From the NCBI GenBank assembly GCA_963794735.1, contig CAWCFE010000002.1, forward strand, positions 2,374,141 to 2,438,140: a stretch of 64,000 bases of DNA, given 5' to 3'. The stretch comes from Vulcanimicrobiota bacterium (lineage in GTDB: Bacteria; Vulcanimicrobiota; Vulcanimicrobiia; Vulcanimicrobiales; Vulcanimicrobiaceae). The translations under genes were made by a program, and so were the position numbers. Within the stretch, counting starts at the first letter, position 1. Every line of letters starts with the position of its first letter. This document shows, one piece after another, positions 45,763-55,536 of this stretch. A model generated the notes under the pieces. It saw only the letters and a list, made by a program, of their open reading frames with translations, had not been told where the DNA came from and did no database searches.

Positions 45763-45823
45763 GCTCGAGCCCTTGGCCTCGCCCGGCATGACAACCTCTG
45801 CCGCGGCGCGAAGCGCCTCGCCA

Positions 45824-46315
45824 ATGACGCAAGCAGGCACCAAACCGCTCGTGGGCATCATCATGGGAAGCCGCTCCGATTGGGAGACGCTGCTGCCCGC
45901 GCGCGAAACCCTCGACCGGCTCGGCATCGCGTGCGAGATGCGCGTCGTCTCGGCGCACCGCATGCCCGACGAGATGTTCGCATACGCCGCGACGGCGCAC
46001 GAACGCGGCCTCCAGGCGATCGTCGCCGGGGCGGGCGGCGCGGCGCATCTGCCCGGAATGACGGCCGCCAAGACGCTCGTGCCGGTGATCGGCGTGCCCG
46101 TCCAATCCAAGGCGCTCAACGGCATCGATTCGCTGCTATCGATCGTGCAGATGCCGCCCGGCGTGCCGGTGGCGACGATGGCGATCGGCGGTGCGGTGAA
46201 CGCGGCCCTGTTTGCGGCGCGCATCGTCGCGCTGCACGATCCCGAGGTGGCGCGCCGTCTCGAGGCTTACGTCGCCGAGATGCACCACAACGCCACGAAG
46301 AGCACCCCCGAATGA
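45824..46315 (+). CDS. purE: N5-carboxyaminoimidazole ribonucleotide mutase
   Basis: [31 protein letters not shown]. Confidence 0.9.
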   Translation: MTQAGTKPLVGIIMGSRSDWETLLPARETLDRLGIACEMRVVSAHRMPDEMFAYAATAHERGLQAIVAGAGGAAHLPGMTAAKTLVPVIGVPVQSKALNGIDSLLSIVQMPPGVPVATMAIGGAVNAALFAARIVALHDPEVARRLEAYVAEMHHNATKSTPE

Positions 46316-47469
46316 CGCTTCCCACCAGAGGCGTTCGAGCGATCGGCGTGATCGGCGGCGGCCAGCTCGGCCGCATGCTCACGCTCGACGCCAAGCGCAT
46401 GGGCTACCACGTGGTGGTGCTCGATCCGCAGGAACACTCGCCGTGCGGCCAGGTCGCCGACGAGCAGATCGTCGCCTCGTACGACGATATCGCCGCGATC
46501 GAAGAGCTCGGGCGCAAAACCGACGTCGTCACCTACGAATTCGAGAACATCGCGATCGCCTCGGTGCAGCATCTCGAGCAGCTCGGCTTTCACGTAACGC
46601 CCACCAGCAACGTCTTAAAAATCACGCAAGACCGCATCCTCGAGAAGAACTTCGTGCGCGAGTGCGGCGTGCCGACGGCCGACTACGCCAAGGTCGACCG
46701 GATCGACGATCTCTCGGAAGCCGCGATGACGGTCGGCTTCCCGGCGGTGCTGAAAACCGTGCGCGGCGGCTACGACGGCAAGGGCCAGTGGCGCGCGAAC
46801 TCGCTCAACGAGGCCAAGATGGCCTTCGCCGCCGGCAAGGGCGCGACGCTGATCTTCGAGCGTCTCATTTTCTTCACCAAAGAGCTGAGCGTGATCGCCA
46901 CGCGCAACGCCAAAGACGAAGTCGTCACCTACCCGCCGACCGAGAACGTGCACGACGCCGGCATTCTCGTGATGTCGATCGCGCCCGCGCGCGTCGAGAA
47001 GAAGGTCGCGACGCGCGCGGCCGCGATGGCCGAGACGATCGGGCGCAAGCTCGGAATCGTCGGCACCTATTGCGTCGAGTTCTTCCTCACCAACGAAGAG
47101 GAACTGCTCGTCAACGAAATCGCTCCGCGTCCGCACAACAGCGGGCACTATACGATCGACGTCACGCCGTGCTCGCAGTACGAGCAGCACGTGCGCGCGA
47201 TTTGCGAGCTGCCGCTCTCCGCGCCGCGGATGCTCTCCAATGCGGTGATGATGAACATCCTCGGCGACGGCAAGGGCGATCATCTCGCGGGCATTCCCGC
47301 GCTGCTGAGCGATCCGGCGGTGGTGCTGCATCTGTACGGCAAGAAGCACGCGGTTCCGCGCCGCAAGATGGGCCACTTCACGATGCTGGTCGACGGGCCG
47401 ATCGGCGAATACGCGCTGGCCGAAGCGCGCGGCGCGCTCAAAAAACTCGGCTGGACGCCGGTTCAGTAG
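46312..47469 (+). CDS. purK: N5-carboxyaminoimidazole ribonucleotide synthase
   Basis: [12 protein letters not shown] and an ATP-grasp pattern. ATGA overlap with purE. Confidence 0.9.
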   Translation: MTLPTRGVRAIGVIGGGQLGRMLTLDAKRMGYHVVVLDPQEHSPCGQVADEQIVASYDDIAAIEELGRKTDVVTYEFENIAIASVQHLEQLGFHVTPTSNVLKITQDRILEKNFVRECGVPTADYAKVDRIDDLSEAAMTVGFPAVLKTVRGGYDGKGQWRANSLNEAKMAFAAGKGATLIFERLIFFTKELSVIATRNAKDEVVTYPPTENVHDAGILVMSIAPARVEKKVATRAAAMAETIGRKLGIVGTYCVEFFLTNEEELLVNEIAPRPHNSGHYTIDVTPCSQYEQHVRAICELPLSAPRMLSNAVMMNILGDGKGDHLAGIPALLSDPAVVLHLYGKKHAVPRRKMGHFTMLVDGPIGEYALAEARGALKKLGWTPVQ

Positions 47470-47486
47470 GCGCGGCGGGACGCAGC

Positions 47487-48371
47487 GTGGTCGTCTTCAA
47501 GGGTCCCAACGGGTTGCGCGCCGGATGGCGCGCGGCTGGGTTCTTCGTCCTCTCGCTCGCGCTCGTGCTGGGGATCCAAACCTACGTCGCCTGGCCCATT
47601 GCGACGCGCCTGCATCTGAGCCACACCACGATCAACGCGCCCGAACAGCTCGAGAGCGAGTTCGGCATCTTGCTGGCCGTCATGCTCGCGACCGCGCTGT
47701 GCGCGTGGGCGGAAGGCCGCCGCGTCGACGAGTACGGGCTTCCGCGCAATGCCGCGTTCGGGGCGAAGTTCTGGGAGGGCGTTGCGGTCGGCGTGGTCGC
47801 GGCGGGCGCCGTAGCGGCGGGAATGTACGCGCTTGGCGGGTTCGTCATCGCCGGATTCGGGCTGCAGGGCGCGCAATGGATCGTGCAGCCGCTGCTCTGG
47901 GCCGCTTCGGCGGTGCTCATCGGCATCGCCGAGGAATATTGGCTGCGCGGCTATTTTCTGCAGTCGCTCGCGCGCGGCATCGGCTTTTGGCCGGCGGCAG
48001 TCGTCTCGACGCTGCTCTTCGGCGCGCTGCACCTCTTCAAGAACGGCGAAAACGCCGTCGACATCTTCAACATCATGGCACTCGGGCTGTTCCTGTGCCT
48101 CACGCTGCAGCGCACCGGCAACTTATGGCTGGCCGTCGGTTTCCACGCCGCCTTCGATTTCATGCAGTTCTTCGCCATCGGCACGCAAAACGGCGGCGCG
48201 TCGCCGGTGGGTACGCTCTTTCGCGCGACGTTTCCGGGCCCGGCGTGGGTAAACGGCGGCATGCTCGGAACCGAGGCGAGCTACTTCATGTTTCCGGTGA
48301 TCGCCGCGCTCTACGCCTACGTGTTGCTGCGCTACCCGAAGAGCCGTTTGGCTTTGCCCGGGCGAGCCTGA
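47487..48371 (+). CDS. CPBP-family intramembrane glutamic endopeptidase
   Basis: EEYWLRG, FGALH and HAAFD motifs. GTG start. Confidence 0.7.
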   Translation: MVVFKGPNGLRAGWRAAGFFVLSLALVLGIQTYVAWPIATRLHLSHTTINAPEQLESEFGILLAVMLATALCAWAEGRRVDEYGLPRNAAFGAKFWEGVAVGVVAAGAVAAGMYALGGFVIAGFGLQGAQWIVQPLLWAASAVLIGIAEEYWLRGYFLQSLARGIGFWPAAVVSTLLFGALHLFKNGENAVDIFNIMALGLFLCLTLQRTGNLWLAVGFHAAFDFMQFFAIGTQNGGASPVGTLFRATFPGPAWVNGGMLGTEASYFMFPVIAALYAYVLLRYPKSRLALPGRA

Positions 48372-48372
48372 C

Positions 48373-48783
48373 TCACGCCGGCCGCTTAGCCACCGGAATG
48401 ACGAACCGCGTGGCCGCGTGCGTGTCGCTGTAGGCGCTAATTTTATTGTCGACCAGTCCGGCGGCGATGCCGGCGGCGCGCACGGCGGCGTCGGGCGGGT
48501 TCGCGCCGCGGCCTTTCGGATGAATCACCCAGAGGCTGCCGTTCGGCTTGAGATGGGGCGCGGCTTTGGCGATGCGCGCGAGATCGGCGGGCGCGTCGAC
48601 GCGCAGAAAGATGAGATCGTACTGCGTGCGCAGCAGCTGCGACGCCGCTTTGGCCAGCCGCGCGTTGAGATCGCCGGCGAACCAGGCGTCGTGCGCGCCG
48701 CAGATCGCCACGTGCGCCTCCGCGGTAACGCCGAGCTTGTCGAAGAGCGTGCGGTGCGAGTAATCGCGGTCGGCCTGGCTCAT
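48373..48783 (-). CDS. DUF3052-like protein
   Basis: 136 aa. Start overlaps the stop of the upstream glycosyltransferase gene. Confidence 0.45.
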   Translation of the reverse strand: MSQADRDYSHRTLFDKLGVTAEAHVAICGAHDAWFAGDLNARLAKAASQLLRTQYDLIFLRVDAPADLARIAKAAPHLKPNGSLWVIHPKGRGANPPDAAVRAAGIAAGLVDNKISAYSDTHAATRFVIPVAKRPA

Positions 48784-49922
48784 GAGAAGTGGAGGCTCCT
48801 CGGCTTGGGAGGCAGTTCGGTGAAGGCCATCGGGCGATCCCACCAATCGTGGGCGCGTGCCGCCATCGTACCCGCCGAAGGCGCCGGCGGCAAACGAAGG
48901 TCGAGGGCTCGCTCGTAAGCGGCGAGGTAGCGATCGATCATGCGCTCGACCGTGAACTCCGCCTCGACGCGCGCGCGGCAGGCGCGCCGGTCGAGCGCCG
49001 CCAGCGACGGCACCTTCGCGACCGCATCGTCGACGCCGTCGCAGAGAAAGCCGGTCTCGCCGTCGACGACGATCTCGGGAATCGATCCCATGCGCGCGCC
49101 GAGAACCGGCGTGCCGCACGCCATCGCTTCGACCATCGTGAGCCCGAAGCGTTCCGGCCGCGTCGTCATGTGCACCAGCGCGAGCGCGTTGGAGAGCAGT
49201 TCGTCGCGTGCTTCGCGTTCGACCGCACCGAGAAACTGCACGCGGTCGCCGTCGATGTGCGGCTCGATTTCCTCGCGAAAGTACCGCTCGTCTTGCGGAA
49301 TCGCCGCCATCTTTAGGCGCACGCCCGCGCGTTTGGCGATCTCGATGGCGAGGTGGGTGCCCTTCTCGGGATGGAAGCGGCCGAGAAAGACGAGATACTC
49401 GCCGGGCCGGTCGCGAAACGTGAACTCGCCGGGATCGATGCCGTTGTACGTGGTGGCCAGATACTCGAGCCCCGGATCGCGATCGGCATCGGAGATCGAG
49501 CAGAAGAAGCTGCGCCCCGCGCAGGCGTAATAGGCCGCCAAAATTTGCGGCGACGAAAAGCCGTGCACGGTGGTGATCAGCGGCGGCGACGCGGTCGCGA
49601 GCGCGTACGTCATCGGCTTCCAGTCGAAGTTGTTATGGATGAGATCGAACTCGCTCGCCCGCCGGAAGAGCTCGCCGATATGCAGCGAGGTGTAGACTTC
49701 GCCCGAGAACGCCGGATCTTCGTTGAGCCCGACCGGAATCACCGATGCCAGCGAGCCTTCGAACTGCGAGTCGCCCGGCGCGAAGAGCGTGACGTCGGCG
49801 CCGCGGCGCCGTATGCCGTCGGCGATGTTGAACGCGACTTGCTCCCACGGGCCGTAGCCCTTCGGGGGCACGGGCCACGAGATGGGCGCGAGCACGGCTA
49901 AACGCAATCCGTCGAGCTTCAC
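48780..49922 (-). CDS. GT4-family glycosyltransferase
   Basis: ERFGLTMVEAMACGTPVLG (E-x7-E region). Confidence 0.75.
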   Translation of the reverse strand: MKLDGLRLAVLAPISWPVPPKGYGPWEQVAFNIADGIRRRGADVTLFAPGDSQFEGSLASVIPVGLNEDPAFSGEVYTSLHIGELFRRASEFDLIHNNFDWKPMTYALATASPPLITTVHGFSSPQILAAYYACAGRSFFCSISDADRDPGLEYLATTYNGIDPGEFTFRDRPGEYLVFLGRFHPEKGTHLAIEIAKRAGVRLKMAAIPQDERYFREEIEPHIDGDRVQFLGAVEREARDELLSNALALVHMTTRPERFGLTMVEAMACGTPVLGARMGSIPEIVVDGETGFLCDGVDDAVAKVPSLAALDRRACRARVEAEFTVERMIDRYLAAYERALDLRLPPAPSAGTMAARAHDWWDRPMAFTELPPKPRSLHFS

Positions 49923-49962
49923 GCGAGCGCCTTCGTTCTAAGGGCGCCCGCGGCCCGCCCGG

Positions 49963-51852
49963 TTAGACGAAGTCGCGCAGCACGAACGCGACCGAGCGCT
50001 TCGCTCCATCTTTGCCGGCGAGCTCGAGCTTTACGGTGGTTCCGGCCGGCTGCATGAAGACCGCGCGAATCTCGCCGAGGGTCATCGTGGCGGTCGAGAC
50101 GCCGTTGACGGCGGTGATGACGTCGCCTTTGACGACGCCGGCTTCGGCGGCCGGCGTTCCCGGGCGGGAATCGACGACCGCGATCGCACCGGCGCGGTTG
50201 ATGAGGAAGAGCCCGGCGCGTTCGTACGCGTCGCGTTCCGCGAAATCGGCGTTGGGAACGAGCGTCATCGTTTCGTTGCCGTAGTCGAAGGTCACGGTGA
50301 AGCGTCGCAGCAGGCCGCCGCCGATGTTGGCCGCGACGAAGGGCGCAGCGAACGCGCCGGCCGTTTGCACGGAGTAATCGGCGACGAGATCGGGCAGGTG
50401 CAAGCCGTCGATGCCGACGTCGCTCACCCGGCCGAGCCTTCCCAGTGCGGCGCCGCCGAAGCCGAATCCGTCGACGCCCACGGCGGTGAGCTTGGCCGGG
50501 ACGATCGAGGGGTGCGATGCAATGAACGGCGTCACGAAGCCGATCGTGTCGCGCGCCCCGGTATCGATCGTACACTCGGCGGGAATGGCGTCGATCGTGC
50601 ACGCGATTTGCGGCTGCGTTCCGTACAGCACGAACGGTACCACGTGGCCGCCGGCGGGCGGCTGCGCCGTACCGGGAAGGGCGAGGGTCACGGTTTTACC
50701 GGCGTAATCGAAGGTGGTGACGTACCGCGCCAGCACCTCCCAGCCGATCAATCCGTCGACCCGGCTCCCGGCCGACATGCCGAAGCCTTGCCGCGTTGGT
50801 GCGACGGCGAAGAGCTGATCTTTGAGCAGCGCGTCGCCGACCTGCAGCGCCGAGACCTTCGCGAAGCTGAAGCCCTCGGTCTGCGAACCCACGCCGCTGC
50901 CCTGCGCGGAGCCCGTGCCGAACGCGCCGATCTCTTGCGCGACCGCAGGGTCGATCAGGTTTTGGCCGCCCGTATCGAAGATGAAGCGGTAGGGGCCTTT
51001 GCCGTCGAGCATGACGTTGAGATAGACGTGATTCTCGGCCAGCGACACCGGAACGGTGGTCGACGTTTTTCCGCCGAGGATTGAAAAATCGTTGGGTTTG
51101 GTTTGCGGGCGGCCGAGCATGGCGAGCGTTCCGGGCGCGTCGAAGGTCACGCCGGTCACCGTGGTATCGGAGTCGTTGCCGTCGGAGGCCTTGAGGTGGC
51201 TCTTCCAGGCGACGAGGGCGCCGCCGGCGGGCCGGTAGTCGGCGTAAGTCGTGACGGACTGCGTGATGTCGTTCTGCATGATGGCGCGCGCTGGCAGATG
51301 TGACGTTTGGTCGAACCAGAGTTCGAACGGCACGAGCGAACCGGCCGGCGTGATGCGCAACGCGTCGTACGCGTGTCCGCCGTCGGTCTTGGTGCCGAGC
51401 CACTCGACGGCCGCACCGCCGGCGTTGGGTTGCCACAACGCGTAGGTCGCAAGATATGCCTGGCCGATCTCCCACGATCGGGCACTATCGCCGCCGATCG
51501 TCCAAACGAGCTTCGAGCCGTCGGCGCTCCACGCGGTCGTTCCGTCGTAGCCGTCGAGTTGGAGCAGCGGCCCGAGCGTGACCGACTCGGCGAACCGTCC
51601 GTCGCGCAGCCCGGCGTACTGCACGGCCGTGCCCTTCAATCCGATCGCGGCGACGGTCGCATCGATCTGCATCGTTCGGTATGCGTGCAGGGCGTCGATG
51701 CCTTGCGCTTTTCCGGATTGCGCGATGAGCTGCGCGGCGCGCGGATCGAGCGCGGCCGCCTGCAACGGTGCGAGCGGAGCGAGAAAGAGCGCAGCCGCGA
51801 CGAGCGCGCTGCCGGCAGAGCGTCCGAAGTTCATGCCCCCCATACGGTGCAA
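49963..51852 (-). CDS. secreted retropepsin-like aspartic peptidase with a C-terminal PDZ domain
   Basis: Two DTG motifs (FIFDTGGQ, TIDTGARD). PDZ-like GTPAAEAGVVKGDVITAVNG. Confidence 0.65.
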   Translation of the reverse strand: MHRMGGMNFGRSAGSALVAAALFLAPLAPLQAAALDPRAAQLIAQSGKAQGIDALHAYRTMQIDATVAAIGLKGTAVQYAGLRDGRFAESVTLGPLLQLDGYDGTTAWSADGSKLVWTIGGDSARSWEIGQAYLATYALWQPNAGGAAVEWLGTKTDGGHAYDALRITPAGSLVPFELWFDQTSHLPARAIMQNDITQSVTTYADYRPAGGALVAWKSHLKASDGNDSDTTVTGVTFDAPGTLAMLGRPQTKPNDFSILGGKTSTTVPVSLAENHVYLNVMLDGKGPYRFIFDTGGQNLIDPAVAQEIGAFGTGSAQGSGVGSQTEGFSFAKVSALQVGDALLKDQLFAVAPTRQGFGMSAGSRVDGLIGWEVLARYVTTFDYAGKTVTLALPGTAQPPAGGHVVPFVLYGTQPQIACTIDAIPAECTIDTGARDTIGFVTPFIASHPSIVPAKLTAVGVDGFGFGGAALGRLGRVSDVGIDGLHLPDLVADYSVQTAGAFAAPFVAANIGGGLLRRFTVTFDYGNETMTLVPNADFAERDAYERAGLFLINRAGAIAVVDSRPGTPAAEAGVVKGDVITAVNGVSTATMTLGEIRAVFMQPAGTTVKLELAGKDGAKRSVAFVLRDFV

Positions 51853-51888
51853 CGCGCCGGCTTGTTTCGCAGGCGGGCGGGGCGCGCG

Positions 51889-53211
51889 CTAGCGGTCGTC
51901 GTCGACGGGGTGGGTGTCCTTAAAGCTCAGCGCTTCGTTCCAGTGCGTGCGTTCGATCATCCCGCGCATCGCCAGCGGAGGGATCGGCGCCACCGGCGCG
52001 GCTTGCGCGTAATCGAACATGTCCGAAAGGTCGTCGCCCGAGGCGTCGCGCTGGCCGAGCGTGCCCAGCGCCCAGTTCTTCTCGATAAAGCGCACGATCG
52101 ACGTGCTCTCCCGTTGCACGTGGGAAACGTAGCCGGAGCGCGCCCACGGCGAAATGGCGACGATCGGCACGCGGAAGCCCCAATGCGTGCCGTCGGGGGC
52201 GGCGGGCGGCGGCACGTGATCGTACCATCCGCCGGAATCGTCCCAGGTGAGAATCATCGCGGTGTTGCCGTAGTAGCGGCAGGCGGAATTCGCCGAGCGT
52301 TCGCTCTGCTCGATCGCCATGTAGAGCGATCCCACCCAGGCCGGTCCGCCGTTGCTCAAATCGCCGGCGTGATCGGAGTTCACCCAAGTCGGCGTCACGT
52401 ACGCGACCTGCGGCAGGCGACAGTTCTGAATGTCGGAGAGCACGTCGGACATCGGCGTGTCGACGTTGCGCGTCCAATCCGGGCCGTACCGGATGTGGCG
52501 CATCGCGTCGAACACGTTCACCCACGCATCCGCGACCGCATCGGCCGCTCCCGTGTAGTATTTCCACGAAACGCCGGCACGGTCCATGAGATCGCCGATG
52601 GTGAGATCGTCGAAGCACGGAAAGATGCCCGGAGCATCGACCGCTTCGCCTGCCGCAAAGATGTTGACGGTCGTGCCTGGTTTCGAATCGCAGCCCCAGG
52701 TGAGCGGATCGGTCGGATCGTCGGCGGCTTGGCTCTGCGCCGCAACCAGAAAGACGTGCCCGGGAAACGTCGGCACGAGCCGAGGCGAGAAGTTCTCGTC
52801 GGCGAGCGCGTAGTGCCGCGCGAGGCGATGGTAGATGAGCGTCTCGTCGGGCGGCACGTAGGCGATCGGAACGTCCGGCGGCGGCGACGGAAAGCCGGCG
52901 TTGCCGTAGACGCGATCGGTCGCGAAGCCGTCCATCTTTCCGCCATTCCACTCGGCGACGAGCGACGCGTGCGTGTGCGAGGGATCGGCCGGAAATTCGA
53001 ACGGCGTCGGGCGCAGCGCGATGCGGCGCCCGTCGATCGTGGCGACCTGCGTGGTGTCCGCGCCGGGAAAGCCGTTGCCGCCGTTGAGGATCGACGAGGC
53101 GAACAAGTTGTCGAAGGTGCGGTTTTCTTGAATGACCACGATCACGTGCGCGATCGGGCTGCCGGCAATCTGCGTTGCCGCCGCGGCGGCGGCCAGTACG
53201 AGATGCAGCAT
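51889..53211 (-). CDS. phosphoesterase-family protein (phospholipase C / acid phosphatase type)
   Basis: HVIVVIQENRTFDNLF N-terminal signature. Confidence 0.75.
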   Translation of the reverse strand: MLHLVLAAAAAATQIAGSPIAHVIVVIQENRTFDNLFASSILNGGNGFPGADTTQVATIDGRRIALRPTPFEFPADPSHTHASLVAEWNGGKMDGFATDRVYGNAGFPSPPPDVPIAYVPPDETLIYHRLARHYALADENFSPRLVPTFPGHVFLVAAQSQAADDPTDPLTWGCDSKPGTTVNIFAAGEAVDAPGIFPCFDDLTIGDLMDRAGVSWKYYTGAADAVADAWVNVFDAMRHIRYGPDWTRNVDTPMSDVLSDIQNCRLPQVAYVTPTWVNSDHAGDLSNGGPAWVGSLYMAIEQSERSANSACRYYGNTAMILTWDDSGGWYDHVPPPAAPDGTHWGFRVPIVAISPWARSGYVSHVQRESTSIVRFIEKNWALGTLGQRDASGDDLSDMFDYAQAAPVAPIPPLAMRGMIERTHWNEALSFKDTHPVDDDR

Positions 53212-54362
53212 CAGGCGACCGCTTCGCCGCCCTTGAGCACGGCGTCGATTTCGCGCAGGGCACGCACGTCGGCGCCCGGATCGGCACGCAGCAGCAGCAG
53301 ATCGGCGGGTTCGCCGATGGCGACGATGCCGTTATGCAATCCCACGAGCTCGGCCGCGACCGCGGTCGCCGCGTGCAGCGCCTGCTGCGGCGTCATGCCG
53401 AGGAGCGACCACATCAGCTCCACCTCGTAGGCGTAGTTCTCGTGATAGTTGTACGGCGTGCCGGCATCCGAACCGCCGGCGATGCGCACGCCGGCTTGGT
53501 AGGCCTTCCCAATGTTCTTCGTCATCGCTTCGTTCACGGTGCGCGCTTTATCGACCACGAACTGCGGCTGCCGCCCGCCCGCGAGATTGTTGAGAATGCA
53601 CGCCGGCGCGGTGAGGGTCGGCACGAGGAACGTGCGGCGTTCTTTGAAGAGCGCGATCGCCTCGTCGTCGAGCAGCGACCCGTGCTCGATCGAATCGACG
53701 CCGGCGCGCAACGCGTTCTTGATGCCTTGCGTGCCGATGGCGTGCGCGGCGACGCGCAGGCCGTGGCGGTGGGCTTCGTCGACGGCGGCGGCGAGCTCGT
53801 CGGGCGTGAGCTGCGCGTTGCCCGGAACGGCGCCTTTGGTGAGCACGCCGCCGGTCGCGATGAGCTTGATGCAGTCGGCTCCCGCCCACAGCTGCTCGCG
53901 GACGGCCTTGCGCGCCTCCCAGGGCGAATCCACCATGCGTCCGATCGGCCAGCCGTGGCCGCCGGTCATGCAGAGCACCGCGCCCGCGGCGCGCATGCGC
54001 GGCCCCGGAATGCGGCCGGCGTTGATGGCGTCGCGGAGATCGGGGGCGATCGCGTTCGAGCTGCCGACGTCGCGAACGGTCGTGACGCCGCCCGCGAGCG
54101 ACTTGCGCGCGTTCTCCACCGCGTGCAGCATGCGCTGATTCGGCGTCGTCTCGTTATACGAGCCCATCATGTCGGGCTGTCCGCTGGCCTCGAGATGCAC
54201 GTGCGCGTTCACCAGCCCGGGCGTCACGTACGCGGCCTCCCGATCGCATTCGCCGCTCGCCGCCCGGATGGTGGCGACGCGCCCATCGGTAATTTCGATG
54301 TCCACGTTCCGCTTCGCCGGCTCGAGCGTTCCGTCGTATAGGAGTCCCGCACGTACGATCAT
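53211..54362 (-). CDS. amidohydrolase-family metallohydrolase
   Basis: PGLVNAHVHLE and later His/Asp ligands. Start at the internal ATG 54362. Confidence 0.75.
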   Translation of the reverse strand: MIVRAGLLYDGTLEPAKRNVDIEITDGRVATIRAASGECDREAAYVTPGLVNAHVHLEASGQPDMMGSYNETTPNQRMLHAVENARKSLAGGVTTVRDVGSSNAIAPDLRDAINAGRIPGPRMRAAGAVLCMTGGHGWPIGRMVDSPWEARKAVREQLWAGADCIKLIATGGVLTKGAVPGNAQLTPDELAAAVDEAHRHGLRVAAHAIGTQGIKNALRAGVDSIEHGSLLDDEAIALFKERRTFLVPTLTAPACILNNLAGGRQPQFVVDKARTVNEAMTKNIGKAYQAGVRIAGGSDAGTPYNYHENYAYEVELMWSLLGMTPQQALHAATAVAAELVGLHNGIVAIGEPADLLLLRADPGADVRALREIDAVLKGGEAVA

Positions 54363-54447
54363 CGCTCGTCTATTCTGCCTCGCGGATGCCGGCTCCCGGA
54401 TGTCCCAGTAACGAAGGTGGCGTGGAGTTTCGTCGAACGGAGGCGCG

Positions 54448-55509
54448 ATGAAGTCAACGCTCTTCACGCTCGTCTCCATCGCGTTGGTTGCGTTCGTCAG
54501 CGCGTGCGCGCAGCCGAGCCAATCGTTGGTGCCGGGGGCGATCGGAGCGCAGGCGGAGACCGCCGCAACCGCGCGAGCACGTTTCATCTACTTTGCCGGC
54601 ATCCAAAGCGCCAGCGGGGGCGGCGGCTTCCTCGGTCCGGGCGAACTCGGCGTCTACCCGGCTACGGCCAACGGGAACGTCGCTCCGCTGCACGTCATCG
54701 CAGGCCGCAACACCGGGCTCTTCGAGGGGGGCGGGTGCTGCGTGCCGCAGAGCGCGTGGTTCGACGCGGCGGACGGCTCGATATGGACCTGTCGCACGTT
54801 TAGTACGCTCGTTTCCAGGTTTGCGACGAATCGCGGGAGGCGTTCGTGGGGAAACGTGAAGCCGAGCGGTACGCTCGTGATTTCGCCCAAAACGGTTTCC
54901 TGCGGAGGCGTAGCGGTCGCTAAGAACGGCGACGTGGTGGCCGACGACATCAACGCGGCGTTCGTCGCCACGTGGCGTGCCGGTGCTACCGGTGGCGCCG
55001 CCCCGATCCGAACGATTGCGGGCCCCGCTACCGGCCTCTTCCTGCCCTCGCAAATCACCTTCGACGACGAGGGCAACTCTATCGTGAGCGACCGATGCAC
55101 GCCGCCCAAGTGTTCGAGCGATGAGGGCGGCGAGATCCTCACGTTCGGCGCAAACGCGAAAGGGAACGCTTCGCCGCTGCGCGTGTTGGCCGGTGCCAAG
55201 ACGCAGCTCTCCGGGCCGAACCGGGTGGCTTTCGATGCAGTGCACGACACGATCTACGTAGCGAACATTTACACGAGCACGATTACGGGCTATCCTCATG
55301 GCAGCAAGACGCACTTGTGGAATCCCGACGCCATCGCCGTCGACAAGGCCGGCTACCTGTACGTCGGCAACGAGCCGATCGTGCCGGGGCCTCCGCCGGC
55401 CTCGATCGTCGTCTTTGCGCCCGGTGCCAACGGGAACGTCGCTCCCGTCCAGATCATCGAGGGCTCGAAGACGCAGCTCGCCGAAGTCAACGGCCTGTCG
55501 GTGTATTGA
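54448..55509 (+). CDS. secreted beta-propeller lipoprotein
   Basis: Lipobox FVSAC. Repeated ..GNVAP(L/V).I.G..T.L units. Confidence 0.55.
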   Translation: MKSTLFTLVSIALVAFVSACAQPSQSLVPGAIGAQAETAATARARFIYFAGIQSASGGGGFLGPGELGVYPATANGNVAPLHVIAGRNTGLFEGGGCCVPQSAWFDAADGSIWTCRTFSTLVSRFATNRGRRSWGNVKPSGTLVISPKTVSCGGVAVAKNGDVVADDINAAFVATWRAGATGGAAPIRTIAGPATGLFLPSQITFDDEGNSIVSDRCTPPKCSSDEGGEILTFGANAKGNASPLRVLAGAKTQLSGPNRVAFDAVHDTIYVANIYTSTITGYPHGSKTHLWNPDAIAVDKAGYLYVGNEPIVPGPPPASIVVFAPGANGNVAPVQIIEGSKTQLAEVNGLSVY

Positions 55510-55536
55510 GTGCATCTTCCCGAGGATGGACGACGA

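Noticed and set aside
46212-48371. 719-aa ORF covering purK and the CPBP protease.
   Set aside because: The first about 425 codons are an Arg-rich alternative frame of purK. The real gene is the membrane protein starting at GTG 47487. The same logic was applied to 44524-46224, 41768-43345, 32233-33294, 32991-34079 and 33551-34942.
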